A DNA stretch of 64,000 nt from the NCBI GenBank assembly GCA_021200995.1, contig JAJQFS010000063.1:33972-97971 (forward strand), written 5' to 3'. Of this stretch, positions 30,089-38,970 are shown one piece after another. Position numbers and translations under genes: made by a program. Each line of letters starts with the position of its first letter. Positions within the stretch are counted from its first letter, which is position 1. Source of the DNA: Lachnospiraceae bacterium. GTDB taxonomy: Bacteria; Bacillota; Clostridia; Lachnospirales; Lachnospiraceae. The notes beneath the pieces were generated by a model. It did not search any database and was not told the origin of the DNA. It worked only from the letters and a program-made list of their open reading frames with translations.

Positions 30089-30914
30089 AACTGTTTTAAA
30101 TTACATAGAGCGCAAAAGCTTTGTGCATGATTTGACCGGTGTGACCAAGCTGGCTTTTTTCCTGCTCTTTACCTTCGCCAGTATGCTGACCTATGATACC
30201 AGGGTGCTTCTGGGGCTTTTGATTATCAGTTGTCTGGCCTTCCGTTTCAGCCATATCAAATTTAAGGAAGTCCGGTTTATGATGGTGTTCATGCTGGTTT
30301 TCCTCTTGATGAACAACATCTTCATTTACCTGTTTAACCCGGATCAGGGCACCGCGGTGTACGGCACGCGGCATGTGCTGTTCCACTTTATCTGGCGCTA
30401 CGATGTGACGGCGGAGCAGTTATTTTACATGTTCAATGTATCATTGAAATATTTCGTCTCGCTGCCCATCGCTATCCTGTTTATCTCCGCGACGAATCCC
30501 AGCGAATTCGCGGCCAGCTTAAACCGCATCGGCGTTTCTTACCGGGTGAGATATTCTGTGTCCATCGCGCTGCGCTATATTCCGGACATCCAGCGTGGTT
30601 ATCACAATATCAGCCAGGCGCAGCAGGCCCGCGGCGTCGAACTCGGTAAAAAAGTGAAGCTCTGGACGCGTCTTAAAAATGTGGTGACAATCCTGATGCC
30701 ACTTATTCTTTCAAGCCTTGCCCGGATTGACGTGATTTCCAACGCCATGGAGCTGCGCGGCTTCGGCAAGGACAAAAAGAAGCACACCTGGTACATGGCG
30801 CGCCCACAGAAACGAAATGACTGGCTGGTGATCGGCTTTGGAGTGCTGCTTTTGGCGCTCAGCGCTGTGATTACCTTCTGGGATGGTGACAGGTTCTTTA
30901 ATCCGTTTATGTGA
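30078..30914 (+). CDS. ECF transporter transmembrane (T) component
   Basis: 278-aa multi-TM protein overlapping the ATPase stop by 11 nt. ALRYIP...ISQAQQARG is the conserved EcfT/CbiQ region. Confidence 0.85.
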   Translation: MAAKTVLNYIERKSFVHDLTGVTKLAFFLLFTFASMLTYDTRVLLGLLIISCLAFRFSHIKFKEVRFMMVFMLVFLLMNNIFIYLFNPDQGTAVYGTRHVLFHFIWRYDVTAEQLFYMFNVSLKYFVSLPIAILFISATNPSEFAASLNRIGVSYRVRYSVSIALRYIPDIQRGYHNISQAQQARGVELGKKVKLWTRLKNVVTILMPLILSSLARIDVISNAMELRGFGKDKKKHTWYMARPQKRNDWLVIGFGVLLLALSAVITFWDGDRFFNPFM

Positions 30915-30987
30915 GCGCTTTTTGCGAAGCAATCCATGGTATCACCCCTTTTTTGGCGTATCATCTATGCTATATGAAATAAAAAAT

Positions 30988-31023
30988 GCGGAGGATTTTT
31001 GGAATCTTCCGCGTTTCGTTTTT
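30988..31023. terminator. Bidirectional terminator hairpin between convergent ecfT-like and SDR genes
   Basis: GCGGAGGATT / AATCTTCCGC stem (one mismatch), with an A-run on the 5' side and GTTTCGTTTTT on the 3' side. Confidence 0.65.
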
Positions 31024-31033
31024 GATGGCTGAT

Positions 31034-31756
31034 CTACACCGTCCACCCACCGTCTAAAGTAATGATCTGTCCTGTCAGGTATTCCGGCGCTTGTGCTAAC
31101 TGCAGGCAGAGCGCCGCTACTTCCTCTGGCCGACCGATCCGATCCGCTGGGATTTCCGTAATCAGCGTCTGCATCTCGGCCTCAGACAGCTTCGCGTTCA
31201 TGGAGGTGTCGATCAGGCCGCAGGCAACGGCGTTGACCTGGACATTGCCGGGGGCGGCCTCCTTCGCCAGTGCCTTCGTCAGGGCGTTGACGGCTCCTTT
31301 GGAGGCCGAGTAGGCCGCCTCCATGCTGGCGCCGTGCTCTCCCCAGACGGAGGAAATATTGATGATCCGCCCGCTGTTGCGGCTCAACATCCCCGGCAGC
31401 AGATGTTTGCAGCTTAAGAATACAGAGGTCAGGTTGGTATCCATGACCTGCCGCCAGTCGGTAAGCGACATATCCTGCAAGAGCCCCATGTAGGAGATGC
31501 CGGCGTTATTGATCAGCACATCCATGGCCGGTAATTCTTTTAAAAATGCTTCATACTTTTCCGTGTCTGTCACATCCACGGCAAAGCAGGCCGCATTGAC
31601 GCCGTATTCCCGCCGCCATTCTCCGGCGGCGTCTTCCAGCATTTCCAGATTTTCCTTACAGATTAAATATAATTCCCAGCCTTCCCCGGCAAAGGCTTCG
31701 GCGATGGCGCGGCCGATGCCGCGGGAGGCGCCGGTGATACAGATTTTTTTTGGCAT
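31034..31756 (-). CDS. SDR-family oxidoreductase (FabG-like)
   Basis: Cofactor motif TGASRGIG, an NNAG block, and the catalytic YSASK. Confidence 0.85.
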   Translation of the reverse strand: MPKKICITGASRGIGRAIAEAFAGEGWELYLICKENLEMLEDAAGEWRREYGVNAACFAVDVTDTEKYEAFLKELPAMDVLINNAGISYMGLLQDMSLTDWRQVMDTNLTSVFLSCKHLLPGMLSRNSGRIINISSVWGEHGASMEAAYSASKGAVNALTKALAKEAAPGNVQVNAVACGLIDTSMNAKLSEAEMQTLITEIPADRIGRPEEVAALCLQLAQAPEYLTGQIITLDGGWTV

Positions 31757-31942
31757 TTCATGATTTCCTTTTTTGAAGAATTGAAAATAGTTGTATTTAC
31801 GCAGAGAGAGTTCTCTGCTTTTTCAGGATACCACCGAACGGAACGTTTTACAAGGCGGTGCAGGACAGGATTTTTGGGCTTTACTTTATTTTCATGCGAT
31901 GGCATAATGAAAGCACCTGATCAGAATCCCGGAGCAAAGACA

Positions 31943-32830
31943 ATGCAATTGAAAGAACAAAAATTACAGCACCAGGACATCATTCTACAGTATTCTGCCC
32001 AGAATAACGGTGTGACCATCACCGGCATGGAAGGCTTTCGCTCCGCGCTTGTGGTGCCGGAGAACATAGAGAATTTGCCGGTGAGGTCGGTTGGCAAAAA
32101 GGCCTTCCTGGGCAAAAGCTGCCTGGAGCGGGTGACGCTGCCAAAGACAGTGACGAGGCTGGAGGACTATGCCTTCGCGCAGTGCGGGAGGCTGCGTGAA
32201 CTGGACGCGCCGGGAGAGGTATCCCTGGGAACGGGCGTTTTCAAGGGGTGTAAGTCCATAGAGCGGCTGGCGCTGGGCGATATGCCACTGGACGCGCAGA
32301 TTCTGATGGCGACGCTGTGCTGCCACCTGAAGGCGGATTATCTCTTAAGTGACCTGGAGAGGGGAAGCGAGAGATGGTTTGAGCGGTGGGATCAGTGCCT
32401 ACTTTCCTTTCTCTTAGAGGACGATGAGGAGAATTATCACGACCTCGTTTTCTGTGGGGAGGAGGACATCGGCATCCGCATGCAGGATCAGATCCTGGAG
32501 GAAAAGAAGCTGAAGGCACATCTGTGCTTCCTGCGGCTGGGGCATCCGGCATTTTTAAAGGAAGGCGGACGAAAAGCCTGCACGGAATACCTGCTCCAGC
32601 ATACGAAGGGCTGCGCTTGTGAGGAGGCCTGGCAGGTGCTGACACAGCAGCTGAAAGGTCAGATGCAGTATTACCGGCTTTTTGCCGACCTGGGCGGAGT
32701 GACGAGGGATAATCTGGACGGTATGATCCTGGACCTGGATGAGACACAGACGGAAGCAAGGGCGTTTCTGATCCGGTATCGGGAGGAACATCATGGGGAG
32801 TATGATGTTTTCGCAAACTTTACCCTTTGA
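31943..32830 (+). CDS. Leucine-rich-repeat (BspA-type) domain protein, cytoplasmic
   Basis: I trimmed to ATG 31943 (GGAG 8 nt upstream); ATG 31907 is an alternative. Repeats of the type VRSVGKKAFLGKSCLERVTLPKTVTRLEDYAFAQCGRLREL. No signal peptide. Confidence 0.6.
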   Translation: MQLKEQKLQHQDIILQYSAQNNGVTITGMEGFRSALVVPENIENLPVRSVGKKAFLGKSCLERVTLPKTVTRLEDYAFAQCGRLRELDAPGEVSLGTGVFKGCKSIERLALGDMPLDAQILMATLCCHLKADYLLSDLERGSERWFERWDQCLLSFLLEDDEENYHDLVFCGEEDIGIRMQDQILEEKKLKAHLCFLRLGHPAFLKEGGRKACTEYLLQHTKGCACEEAWQVLTQQLKGQMQYYRLFADLGGVTRDNLDGMILDLDETQTEARAFLIRYREEHHGEYDVFANFTL

Positions 32831-32918
32831 ATATAAAGAAAAACAGAAGATATGGACATTTGTCGGAGAGGAAAATTTCTTTTTGATCTGTCCCTGAGAG
32901 AAGGAGGAATTAGCTAAG

Positions 32919-33836
32919 ATGAAAGACTTAATCATTATCGGAGCCGGTCCGGCAGGCCTGTCGGCGGCGGTCTACGGCCTGCGCGCCGGCATGGATCTGG
33001 AAATTCTGGAATCCAATTATATGGGCGGCGGTCAGGTGCTCAATACCTATGAGGTGGATAATTATCTGGGCATGCCGCATTACAATGGATTTGACCTGGG
33101 AATGGCTTTTCAGAACCATGTGGCGGATATGGGCAAGGAACCTGTCTCCTGCGAGGTGACCGCGCTTGAGAAGACGGACGCCGGTTTCCTGATCCATACC
33201 GATCAGGGAGTCATGGAGAGTAAAACTGTGATTTACGCGGCAGGTGCTGCCAACCGGAAACTCGACGTTCCCGGAGAGGAGTCGCTGAAAGGAAAGGGCG
33301 TTTCCTACTGCGCGACCTGCGACGGTGCGTTATATCGCGGGCAGACGGTGGCAGTCGTGGGCGGCAGCTACACCGCGGTGGAGGACGCCATCTATCTGGC
33401 AGGTCTGTGTGAGAAGGTGTACCTGATTCACCGTCGGGACAGTCTCAGGGCAGGCGCGGTTTTGGAGGGGCGGCTGAAAAGTCTTCCCAATGTGGAGATC
33501 CTCTGGAATACGATCCCTGTGGAAATCCTTGGTCAGGAGGAGGTGGAGCGCTTCCGTCTGCAGAATAAGCTGACAGGCGAGGAACGAACGCTGGATGTGC
33601 AGGGCGTGTTCGTGGCGGTGGGCACTGTGCCGAATACACAGCTTTTGCGGGGACCGGCAGAGTTGGATGAATATGGTTATGTGAAAGCAGGGGAGGATTG
33701 TGCCGCTTCCGTTTCCGGGTTATTTGCCGCGGGGGATTTAAGGACAAAGAAGCTGCGCCAGGTCATTACGGCGGTGGCGGACGGCGCCAACGCGGCGACC
33801 GCGGCCTGGGACTATCTGCAGACCGTCAGACCGTAA
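32919..33836 (+). CDS. trxB: Thioredoxin-disulfide reductase
   Basis: FAD motif IIGAGPAGLSAA, redox-active CATCDG, and NADPH motif VVGGSYTAVEDA. Confidence 0.92.
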   Translation: MKDLIIIGAGPAGLSAAVYGLRAGMDLEILESNYMGGGQVLNTYEVDNYLGMPHYNGFDLGMAFQNHVADMGKEPVSCEVTALEKTDAGFLIHTDQGVMESKTVIYAAGAANRKLDVPGEESLKGKGVSYCATCDGALYRGQTVAVVGGSYTAVEDAIYLAGLCEKVYLIHRRDSLRAGAVLEGRLKSLPNVEILWNTIPVEILGQEEVERFRLQNKLTGEERTLDVQGVFVAVGTVPNTQLLRGPAELDEYGYVKAGEDCAASVSGLFAAGDLRTKKLRQVITAVADGANAATAAWDYLQTVRP

Positions 33837-33841
33837 ATTAG

Positions 33842-33876
33842 AAAACAGGCAGTCGCTGATTGATTGCCTGTTTTTT
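33842..33876 (+). terminator. Rho-independent terminator after trxB
   Basis: AAAACAGGCA (33842-33851) pairs with TGCCTGTTTT (33865-33874), running into a T6 tract. Confidence 0.75.
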
Positions 33877-34057
33877 ACACTGGGTAATTGTACAGAATAT
33901 TCAGTCAATTCCTGAAAAAGTTTTTCTGTCGTAATTTGAAGAAATTACTTGACAAATGAAAAACTGGCAAAAATACCAAATTGATTTGCAGGAAAAGCGT
34001 CAAAAAACCTCTTTTTCGCGTCGAACCTGTTCTGGAAACGAATGGAAAAAAGAGAAG

Positions 34058-34129
34058 TTGTCCACATGGATAACCTCTCTTTTTTTCGCGTTTTTAAAGT
34101 TATACACAGACTTATCCACTTTATCCACA
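34058..34129 (+). promoter_or_regulatory. Cluster of four co-oriented DnaA-box-like 9-mers
   Basis: TTGTCCACA (34058-34066), TTATACACA (34100-34108), TTATCCACT (34112-34120) and TTATCCACA (34121-34129), against the consensus TTATCCACA. Confidence 0.6.
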
Positions 34130-34310
34130 TTTTGCAGTGCGCTTTTTCGTGCTTTCCTGCATTTTTTTGCCGGCGAACAGCTGTTTTGTCGAAAATGAAC
34201 AGAATCGAAAAAATAAGGTAAAAATTTCAAAAAATCCGGAAAATGGAATTGTCTGAAAATTTGCGCAGCCGCACAGGCGTAAAAAATTTGAAAAAAAGTG
34301 AAAGAAAGGA

Positions 34311-34339
34311 TTGCATATTGTGAAAGCTTATGGTAGAAT
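34311..34339 (+). promoter_or_regulatory. Putative strong sigma-A promoter of the butyrate operon
   Basis: TTGCAT (34311-34316), 17-nt spacer, TAGAAT (34334-34339), with TG at 34331-34332. Phased A-tracts lie upstream. Confidence 0.55.
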
Positions 34340-34458
34340 ACGGATTGACAAAAAAATAACAATTTAATTTCTACATTCCGTTCACAATTCATTTATGGCA
34401 TAAGGAACAAAAAATCAGAAATCCATGTGTCATGCAATTCATTAAAAGGAGAAAAACT

Positions 34459-35640
34459 ATGGCAAAAAAAGTTGTATTGGCAGGGGCCTGCCGTACCGCG
34501 ATCGGTACAATGGGCGGCACATTAAGCACAACCCCCGTTGTGGATCTGGGTGCGATCGTGATTAAAGAAGCCGTGAACAGGGCCGGCATTAAGCCGGAGG
34601 ATGTGGATCAGGTTTACATGGGCTGCGTCATTCAGGCGGCGCAGGGACAGAACGTGGCGCGCCAGGCGTCCATCAAGGCGGGACTTCCGATTGAAGTACC
34701 GGCGGTTACCATGAACGTGGTCTGCGGCTCCGGCTTAAATTGTGTCAACCAGGCGGCTCAGATGATCCTGGCGGGCGACGCGGATGTGGTCGTGGCCGGC
34801 GGCATGGAGAATATGTCCATGGCTCCCTACGCGGTTCCCCAGGGTCGTTACGGTTACAGAATGAACAACGGCGTGCTGGTGGATACCATGATCAAGGACG
34901 CCCTCTGGGATGCGTTTAATGATTATCATATGATTAAGACCGCGGACAATATCTGTGAGGAGTGGGGCTTAACCCGTGAGGAGATCGACGAGTTCGCGTT
35001 AAAGAGCCAGTTAAAGACCGAGGCGGCGCAGAAGGCCGGCGCGTTTGATAAGGAAATCGTGCCCGTCACCGTGAAGAAAAAGAAGGAAACCATCGAGTTC
35101 AAGGTCGATGAGGGACCGCGTCACGGCTCCACCATCGAGGGCCTGCAGAAGCTTCGTCCGATCAATCCGGGCGGCTTTGTGACCGCGGGCAACGCTTCCG
35201 GCATCAACGACGGCGCGGCCGCGATCGTGGTTATGAGTGAGGAGAAGGCTAAGGAACTTGGCGTGACGCCGATGGCGACTTATGTGGCAGGCGCTCTGGC
35301 GGGCGTTCGTCCGGAAGTCATGGGCATCGGTCCGGTAGCGGCGACGAAGAAGGTCATGGCGAAGACCGGTATGAAGATCGAGGACTTCGACATCATCGAG
35401 GCCAACGAAGCGTTCGCAGCACAGTCCGTGGCGGTTGGCAAGGAGCTGGGCATCGACGTTGACAGACAGCTGAACCCGAACGGCGGCGCAATCGCTTTAG
35501 GACACCCAGTGGGCGCTTCCGGCTGCCGTATCCTGGTGACGCTGCTTTATGAGATGCAGGCGAGGGGCGCGAAGACCGGCCTGGCGACGCTGTGCATCGG
35601 CGGCGGCATGGGCTGCGCGACGATCGTTTCAATGGAATAA
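34459..35640 (+). CDS. thlA: Acetyl-CoA C-acetyltransferase (thiolase)
   Basis: I trimmed to ATG 34459, after AAAGGAG. Starts [16 protein letters not shown]. Also has the active-site context VCGSGL and the C-terminal CIGGGMG. Confidence 0.93.
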   Translation: MAKKVVLAGACRTAIGTMGGTLSTTPVVDLGAIVIKEAVNRAGIKPEDVDQVYMGCVIQAAQGQNVARQASIKAGLPIEVPAVTMNVVCGSGLNCVNQAAQMILAGDADVVVAGGMENMSMAPYAVPQGRYGYRMNNGVLVDTMIKDALWDAFNDYHMIKTADNICEEWGLTREEIDEFALKSQLKTEAAQKAGAFDKEIVPVTVKKKKETIEFKVDEGPRHGSTIEGLQKLRPINPGGFVTAGNASGINDGAAAIVVMSEEKAKELGVTPMATYVAGALAGVRPEVMGIGPVAATKKVMAKTGMKIEDFDIIEANEAFAAQSVAVGKELGIDVDRQLNPNGGAIALGHPVGASGCRILVTLLYEMQARGAKTGLATLCIGGGMGCATIVSME

Positions 35641-35660
35641 TCCGGAGGATTTTAAACAGA

Positions 35661-36485
35661 ATGGAATATATTTTATATGAGGCGCAGGGCAGCGTAGCTG
35701 TCCTGACCATCAACAGAGAGCGTGCGTTAAATGCCCTGAACTCTACAGTTTTGGAGGAGCTGGACCAGACCATCGACGCGATCGACCTTAATACGGTCCG
35801 CTGCCTGATCATCACCGGCGCGGGTGCCAAAAGCTTCGTGGCCGGCGCGGACATCGGGGAGATGAGCAGCCTGACCAAAGCAGAGGGCGAGGCTTTCGGC
35901 AAAAAAGGCAATGACGTCTTCCGTAAGATCGAGACACTTCCCATTCCCGTCATTGCGGCGGTGAACGGTTTCGCATTAGGCGGCGGCTGTGAGCTTGCCA
36001 TGAGCTGTGACATCCGCATCTGCTCCGAGAACGCGGTTTTCGGACAGCCTGAGGTTGGACTTGGCATCACGCCGGGCTTCGGCGGTACCCAGAGACTGGC
36101 CCGTATCGTGGGCGTGGGTATGGCGAAGCAGATGATCTACACCGCGCGCAATATCAAGGCGGCTGAGGCTTACCGCATCGGCCTGGTAAATCAGGTCTGC
36201 GCGGCTGAAACGGACGCGGACGGCAATGTGGTCAAGACCGCGCAGGAAGCTCTTATGGCGGCAGCACTCAAGCTCGCCTCCACCATCGCAAAGAACGCGC
36301 CCATCGCGGTGCGCAACTGCAAAAAGGCCATCAATGAGGGCCTGGAGGCACCCATGGACGAGGCGATTGTGATCGAGGAGAAGCTTTTCGGCGACTGCTT
36401 CGAGACCGAGGACCAGAAATACGGTATGGCCTTCTTCCTGGACAAAAACAAGGAAAAGGTGAAAGAACCGTTCCAGAACCGATAA
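35661..36485 (+). CDS. crt: Short-chain enoyl-CoA hydratase (crotonase)
   Basis: I trimmed to ATG 35661. Has LTINRERALNAL, FVAGADI and AAVNGFALGGGCELAMSCD blocks. Confidence 0.9.
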   Translation: MEYILYEAQGSVAVLTINRERALNALNSTVLEELDQTIDAIDLNTVRCLIITGAGAKSFVAGADIGEMSSLTKAEGEAFGKKGNDVFRKIETLPIPVIAAVNGFALGGGCELAMSCDIRICSENAVFGQPEVGLGITPGFGGTQRLARIVGVGMAKQMIYTARNIKAAEAYRIGLVNQVCAAETDADGNVVKTAQEALMAAALKLASTIAKNAPIAVRNCKKAINEGLEAPMDEAIVIEEKLFGDCFETEDQKYGMAFFLDKNKEKVKEPFQNR

Positions 36486-36592
36486 TGGTTTGAACGGATA
36501 TCAGGATACGCGATGTCATTTATGACGGTCATGAAGAATTAAAAAAGCGGAATGGCCGTCTGAGCATGAATCAAAATATAGGAGGCAACATT

Positions 36593-37429
36593 ATGAAAGT
36601 AGGCGTAATCGGCGCCGGCACCATGGGTTCCGGCATTGCGCAGGTGTTCGCGCAGACTCCCGGCTATCAGGTTTATCTGTGCGATATCAACGAGGAGTTT
36701 GCCGCAAACGGCAAAAAGAAGATTGAAGCGGCATTCGCGAAGAGAATCGCGAAGGGCAAGATGACCCAGGAAGCCGCGGACGCGGTGCTTGCCAACATCA
36801 CCACCGGCGTGAAGGACATCTGTACCGACGCGGATCTGGTTGTGGAAGCTGCCCTGGAAGTCATGGAGGTGAAAAAGCAGACCTTTAAGGAGCTGCAGGA
36901 TATTGTTCCTAAGACCTGCATTTTCGCGACCAATACATCCTCCCTTTCCATCACGGAGATCGGCGCGGGACTGGACAGACCGGTGATCGGCATGCATTTC
37001 TTCAACCCGGCTCCCGTGATGAAACTGATCGAGATCATCCGCGGCGCGAATACCACCGACGAGGTCTTTGACAAGGTGAAGGCCATCTCCGAGGAGATCG
37101 GCAAGACGCCTGTAGAAGTCAATGAGGCCGCCGGCTTTGTAGTGAACCGTATCCTGATCCCGATGATCAACGAGGGTATCTGCGTTTACGAGGCCGGTGT
37201 TGCGAGCGTCGAGGATATCGACACCGCCATGAGACTGGGCGCGAACCATCCGATGGGACCGCTGCAGCTGGGTGACTATGTCGGACTGGACATCGTGCTG
37301 GCGATTATGGAGGTCATTTATAAGGAGACCGGCGACAGCAAGTATCGTCCGTCACCGTTATTGCGCAAGATGGTACGTGCCGGCAAGCTGGGCGTGAAGA
37401 CCGGCGAGGGCTTCTATAAGTATAATTAA
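36593..37429 (+). CDS. hbd: 3-hydroxybutyryl-CoA dehydrogenase
   Basis: I trimmed to ATG 36593, after TAGGAGG. Has the NAD motif VIGAGTMGSGIAQ, TNTSSLSITE and GMHFFNPAP. Confidence 0.92.
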   Translation: MKVGVIGAGTMGSGIAQVFAQTPGYQVYLCDINEEFAANGKKKIEAAFAKRIAKGKMTQEAADAVLANITTGVKDICTDADLVVEAALEVMEVKKQTFKELQDIVPKTCIFATNTSSLSITEIGAGLDRPVIGMHFFNPAPVMKLIEIIRGANTTDEVFDKVKAISEEIGKTPVEVNEAAGFVVNRILIPMINEGICVYEAGVASVEDIDTAMRLGANHPMGPLQLGDYVGLDIVLAIMEVIYKETGDSKYRPSPLLRKMVRAGKLGVKTGEGFYKYN

Positions 37430-37493
37430 TTTCAGAAAAGATGACATCAGGCAGACTGTATTTACGGGCTGCCTGTATGTGCTTGAGCAAAAA

Positions 37494-37688
37494 GTTACTA
37501 TTCACGGCCATCGGAAAATATAATTAAAATCGTCGTGTTTACACGTAAGATGTTAATTATATTTTCCGATGAAGCCTGTGAAGCAGGAACTACACCAACA
37601 TAAGCAAAAAGATGAGCGGTGTTTTGTGGCGCGCCGGACGCGCAGCGGACGCTTTTGCGCATGTCGGTGTAGGGCCGTGAATAGTAAC
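37494..37688 (+). repeat. Nested inverted-repeat element (~195 nt) in the hbd-bcd spacer
   Basis: Outer arms are a perfect 16 bp: GTTACTATTCACGGCC (37494-37509) and GGCCGTGAATAGTAAC (37673-37688). Inner arms are a perfect 19 bp: 37509-37527 and 37553-37571. A further 12-bp stem (37590-37601 / 37661-37672) has one mismatch. Confidence 0.8.
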
Positions 37689-37729
37689 GGGTAAGACAGA
37701 AATTGTTTCAAAGAAGGAGAATAAAAGAC

Positions 37730-38896
37730 ATGGATTTTACTTTAGGCAAAGAGTATGAAATGGCGAGACAGTTATTTAAAGATTTCGCCGAAAAAGAAGT
37801 AAAGCCCCTTGCGCAGGAAGTGGACGAAACCGAGCGTTTCCCCCGCGAGACTGTGGACAAGATGGCTAAATATGGGTTCATGGGCATTCCGGTTCCGAAG
37901 GAGTACGGCGGACAGGGCTGCGACACCTTAACCTATGCGATGTGCGTGGAGGAGCTTTCCAAGGTCTGCGGCACTACCGGCGTTATTGTATCCGCGCATA
38001 CTTCTCTCTGCATCGACCCCATCCTGACCTATGGCACCGAGGAGCAGAAGCAGAAATATGTTGTGCCGTTAGCTAAGGGTGAGAAGCTCGGCGCTTTCGG
38101 CTTGACCGAGCCGGGTGCTGGTACAGATGCTCAGGGGCAGCAGACCAAGGCTGTCTTAGACGGCGATGAGTGGGTCTTAAACGGCTCCAAGTGCTTCATC
38201 ACCAACGGCAAGGAAGCGGATGTATATATCATCATCGCGGTGACCGGCAAGGTCGAGAAGCGCGGCCGTATGCAGAAGGAAATCTCCGCGTTCATCGTGG
38301 AGAAGGGCACCCCGGGCTTTACCTTCGGTACCAAGGAAAATAAGATGGGTATCCGCGGTTCCTCCACCTATGAGCTGATTTTCACCGACTGCCGCATCCC
38401 GAAGGAGAATCTGCTGGGCCAGAAGGGCAAGGGCTTCAATATCGCCATGCATACGCTGGACGGCGGACGTATCGGTATCGCCGCGCAGGCGCTGGGTCTT
38501 GCGGAGGGCGCTTTAGAGACCACCGTTGCCTATGTAAAAGAAAGAAAACAGTTCGGCAAGACCATCGGTTCCTTCCAGAACACCCAGTTCCAGCTGGCCG
38601 ATATGGCGACCAAGACCGAGGCCGCGAAGAACCTGGTTTACAAGGCTGCCTTAAAGAAGGATGAATTCAGAAAGAACCCGAAGGTTTCCTACTCTGAGGA
38701 AGCAGCAATGGCGAAGCTGTATGCCGCTGAAACGGCTATGGAAGTGACAACCAAGGCGGTGCAGCTGCACGGCGGCTACGGATACATCAGAGAATATGAT
38801 GTGGAGCGCATGATGCGCGACGCCAAGATCACTGAGATCTACGAGGGCACCAGCGAAGTGCAGAAAATGGTCATCAGCGGCGCGCTGCTGAAATAA
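37730..38896 (+). CDS. bcd: Butyryl-CoA dehydrogenase (acyl-CoA dehydrogenase, Bcd)
   Basis: I trimmed to ATG 37730, after AAGGAGA. Has GLTEPGAGTD and the C-terminal YEGTSEVQ. etfB and etfA follow. Confidence 0.92.
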   Translation: MDFTLGKEYEMARQLFKDFAEKEVKPLAQEVDETERFPRETVDKMAKYGFMGIPVPKEYGGQGCDTLTYAMCVEELSKVCGTTGVIVSAHTSLCIDPILTYGTEEQKQKYVVPLAKGEKLGAFGLTEPGAGTDAQGQQTKAVLDGDEWVLNGSKCFITNGKEADVYIIIAVTGKVEKRGRMQKEISAFIVEKGTPGFTFGTKENKMGIRGSSTYELIFTDCRIPKENLLGQKGKGFNIAMHTLDGGRIGIAAQALGLAEGALETTVAYVKERKQFGKTIGSFQNTQFQLADMATKTEAAKNLVYKAALKKDEFRKNPKVSYSEEAAMAKLYAAETAMEVTTKAVQLHGGYGYIREYDVERMMRDAKITEIYEGTSEVQKMVISGALLK

Positions 38897-38970
38897 GGCG
38901 AACGAAAAATCCGCAGGATTTCTGAGTGGCGCCTTACGGCGATATCATAATAAAGAGAGGAATAAATCAC

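Noticed and set aside
33945-34392. ORFs of 61-130 aa on both strands in the trxB-thl spacer.
   Set aside because: The DNA is low-complexity and AT-rich (A/T tracts, DnaA boxes). The translations are Phe/Lys/Ser-rich with no RBS or motifs. I treated the region as non-coding regulatory DNA.
33900-34430. Reading the DnaA-box cluster plus AT-rich tract as the chromosomal replication origin (oriC).
   Set aside because: There is no dnaA, dnaN, rpmH or gidA-type neighbour. Gene orientation is predominantly + on both sides, so there is no strand-bias switch. I could not see DnaA-trio-like repeats next to the boxes. I kept it as a non-origin DnaA-box cluster pending whole-genome context.
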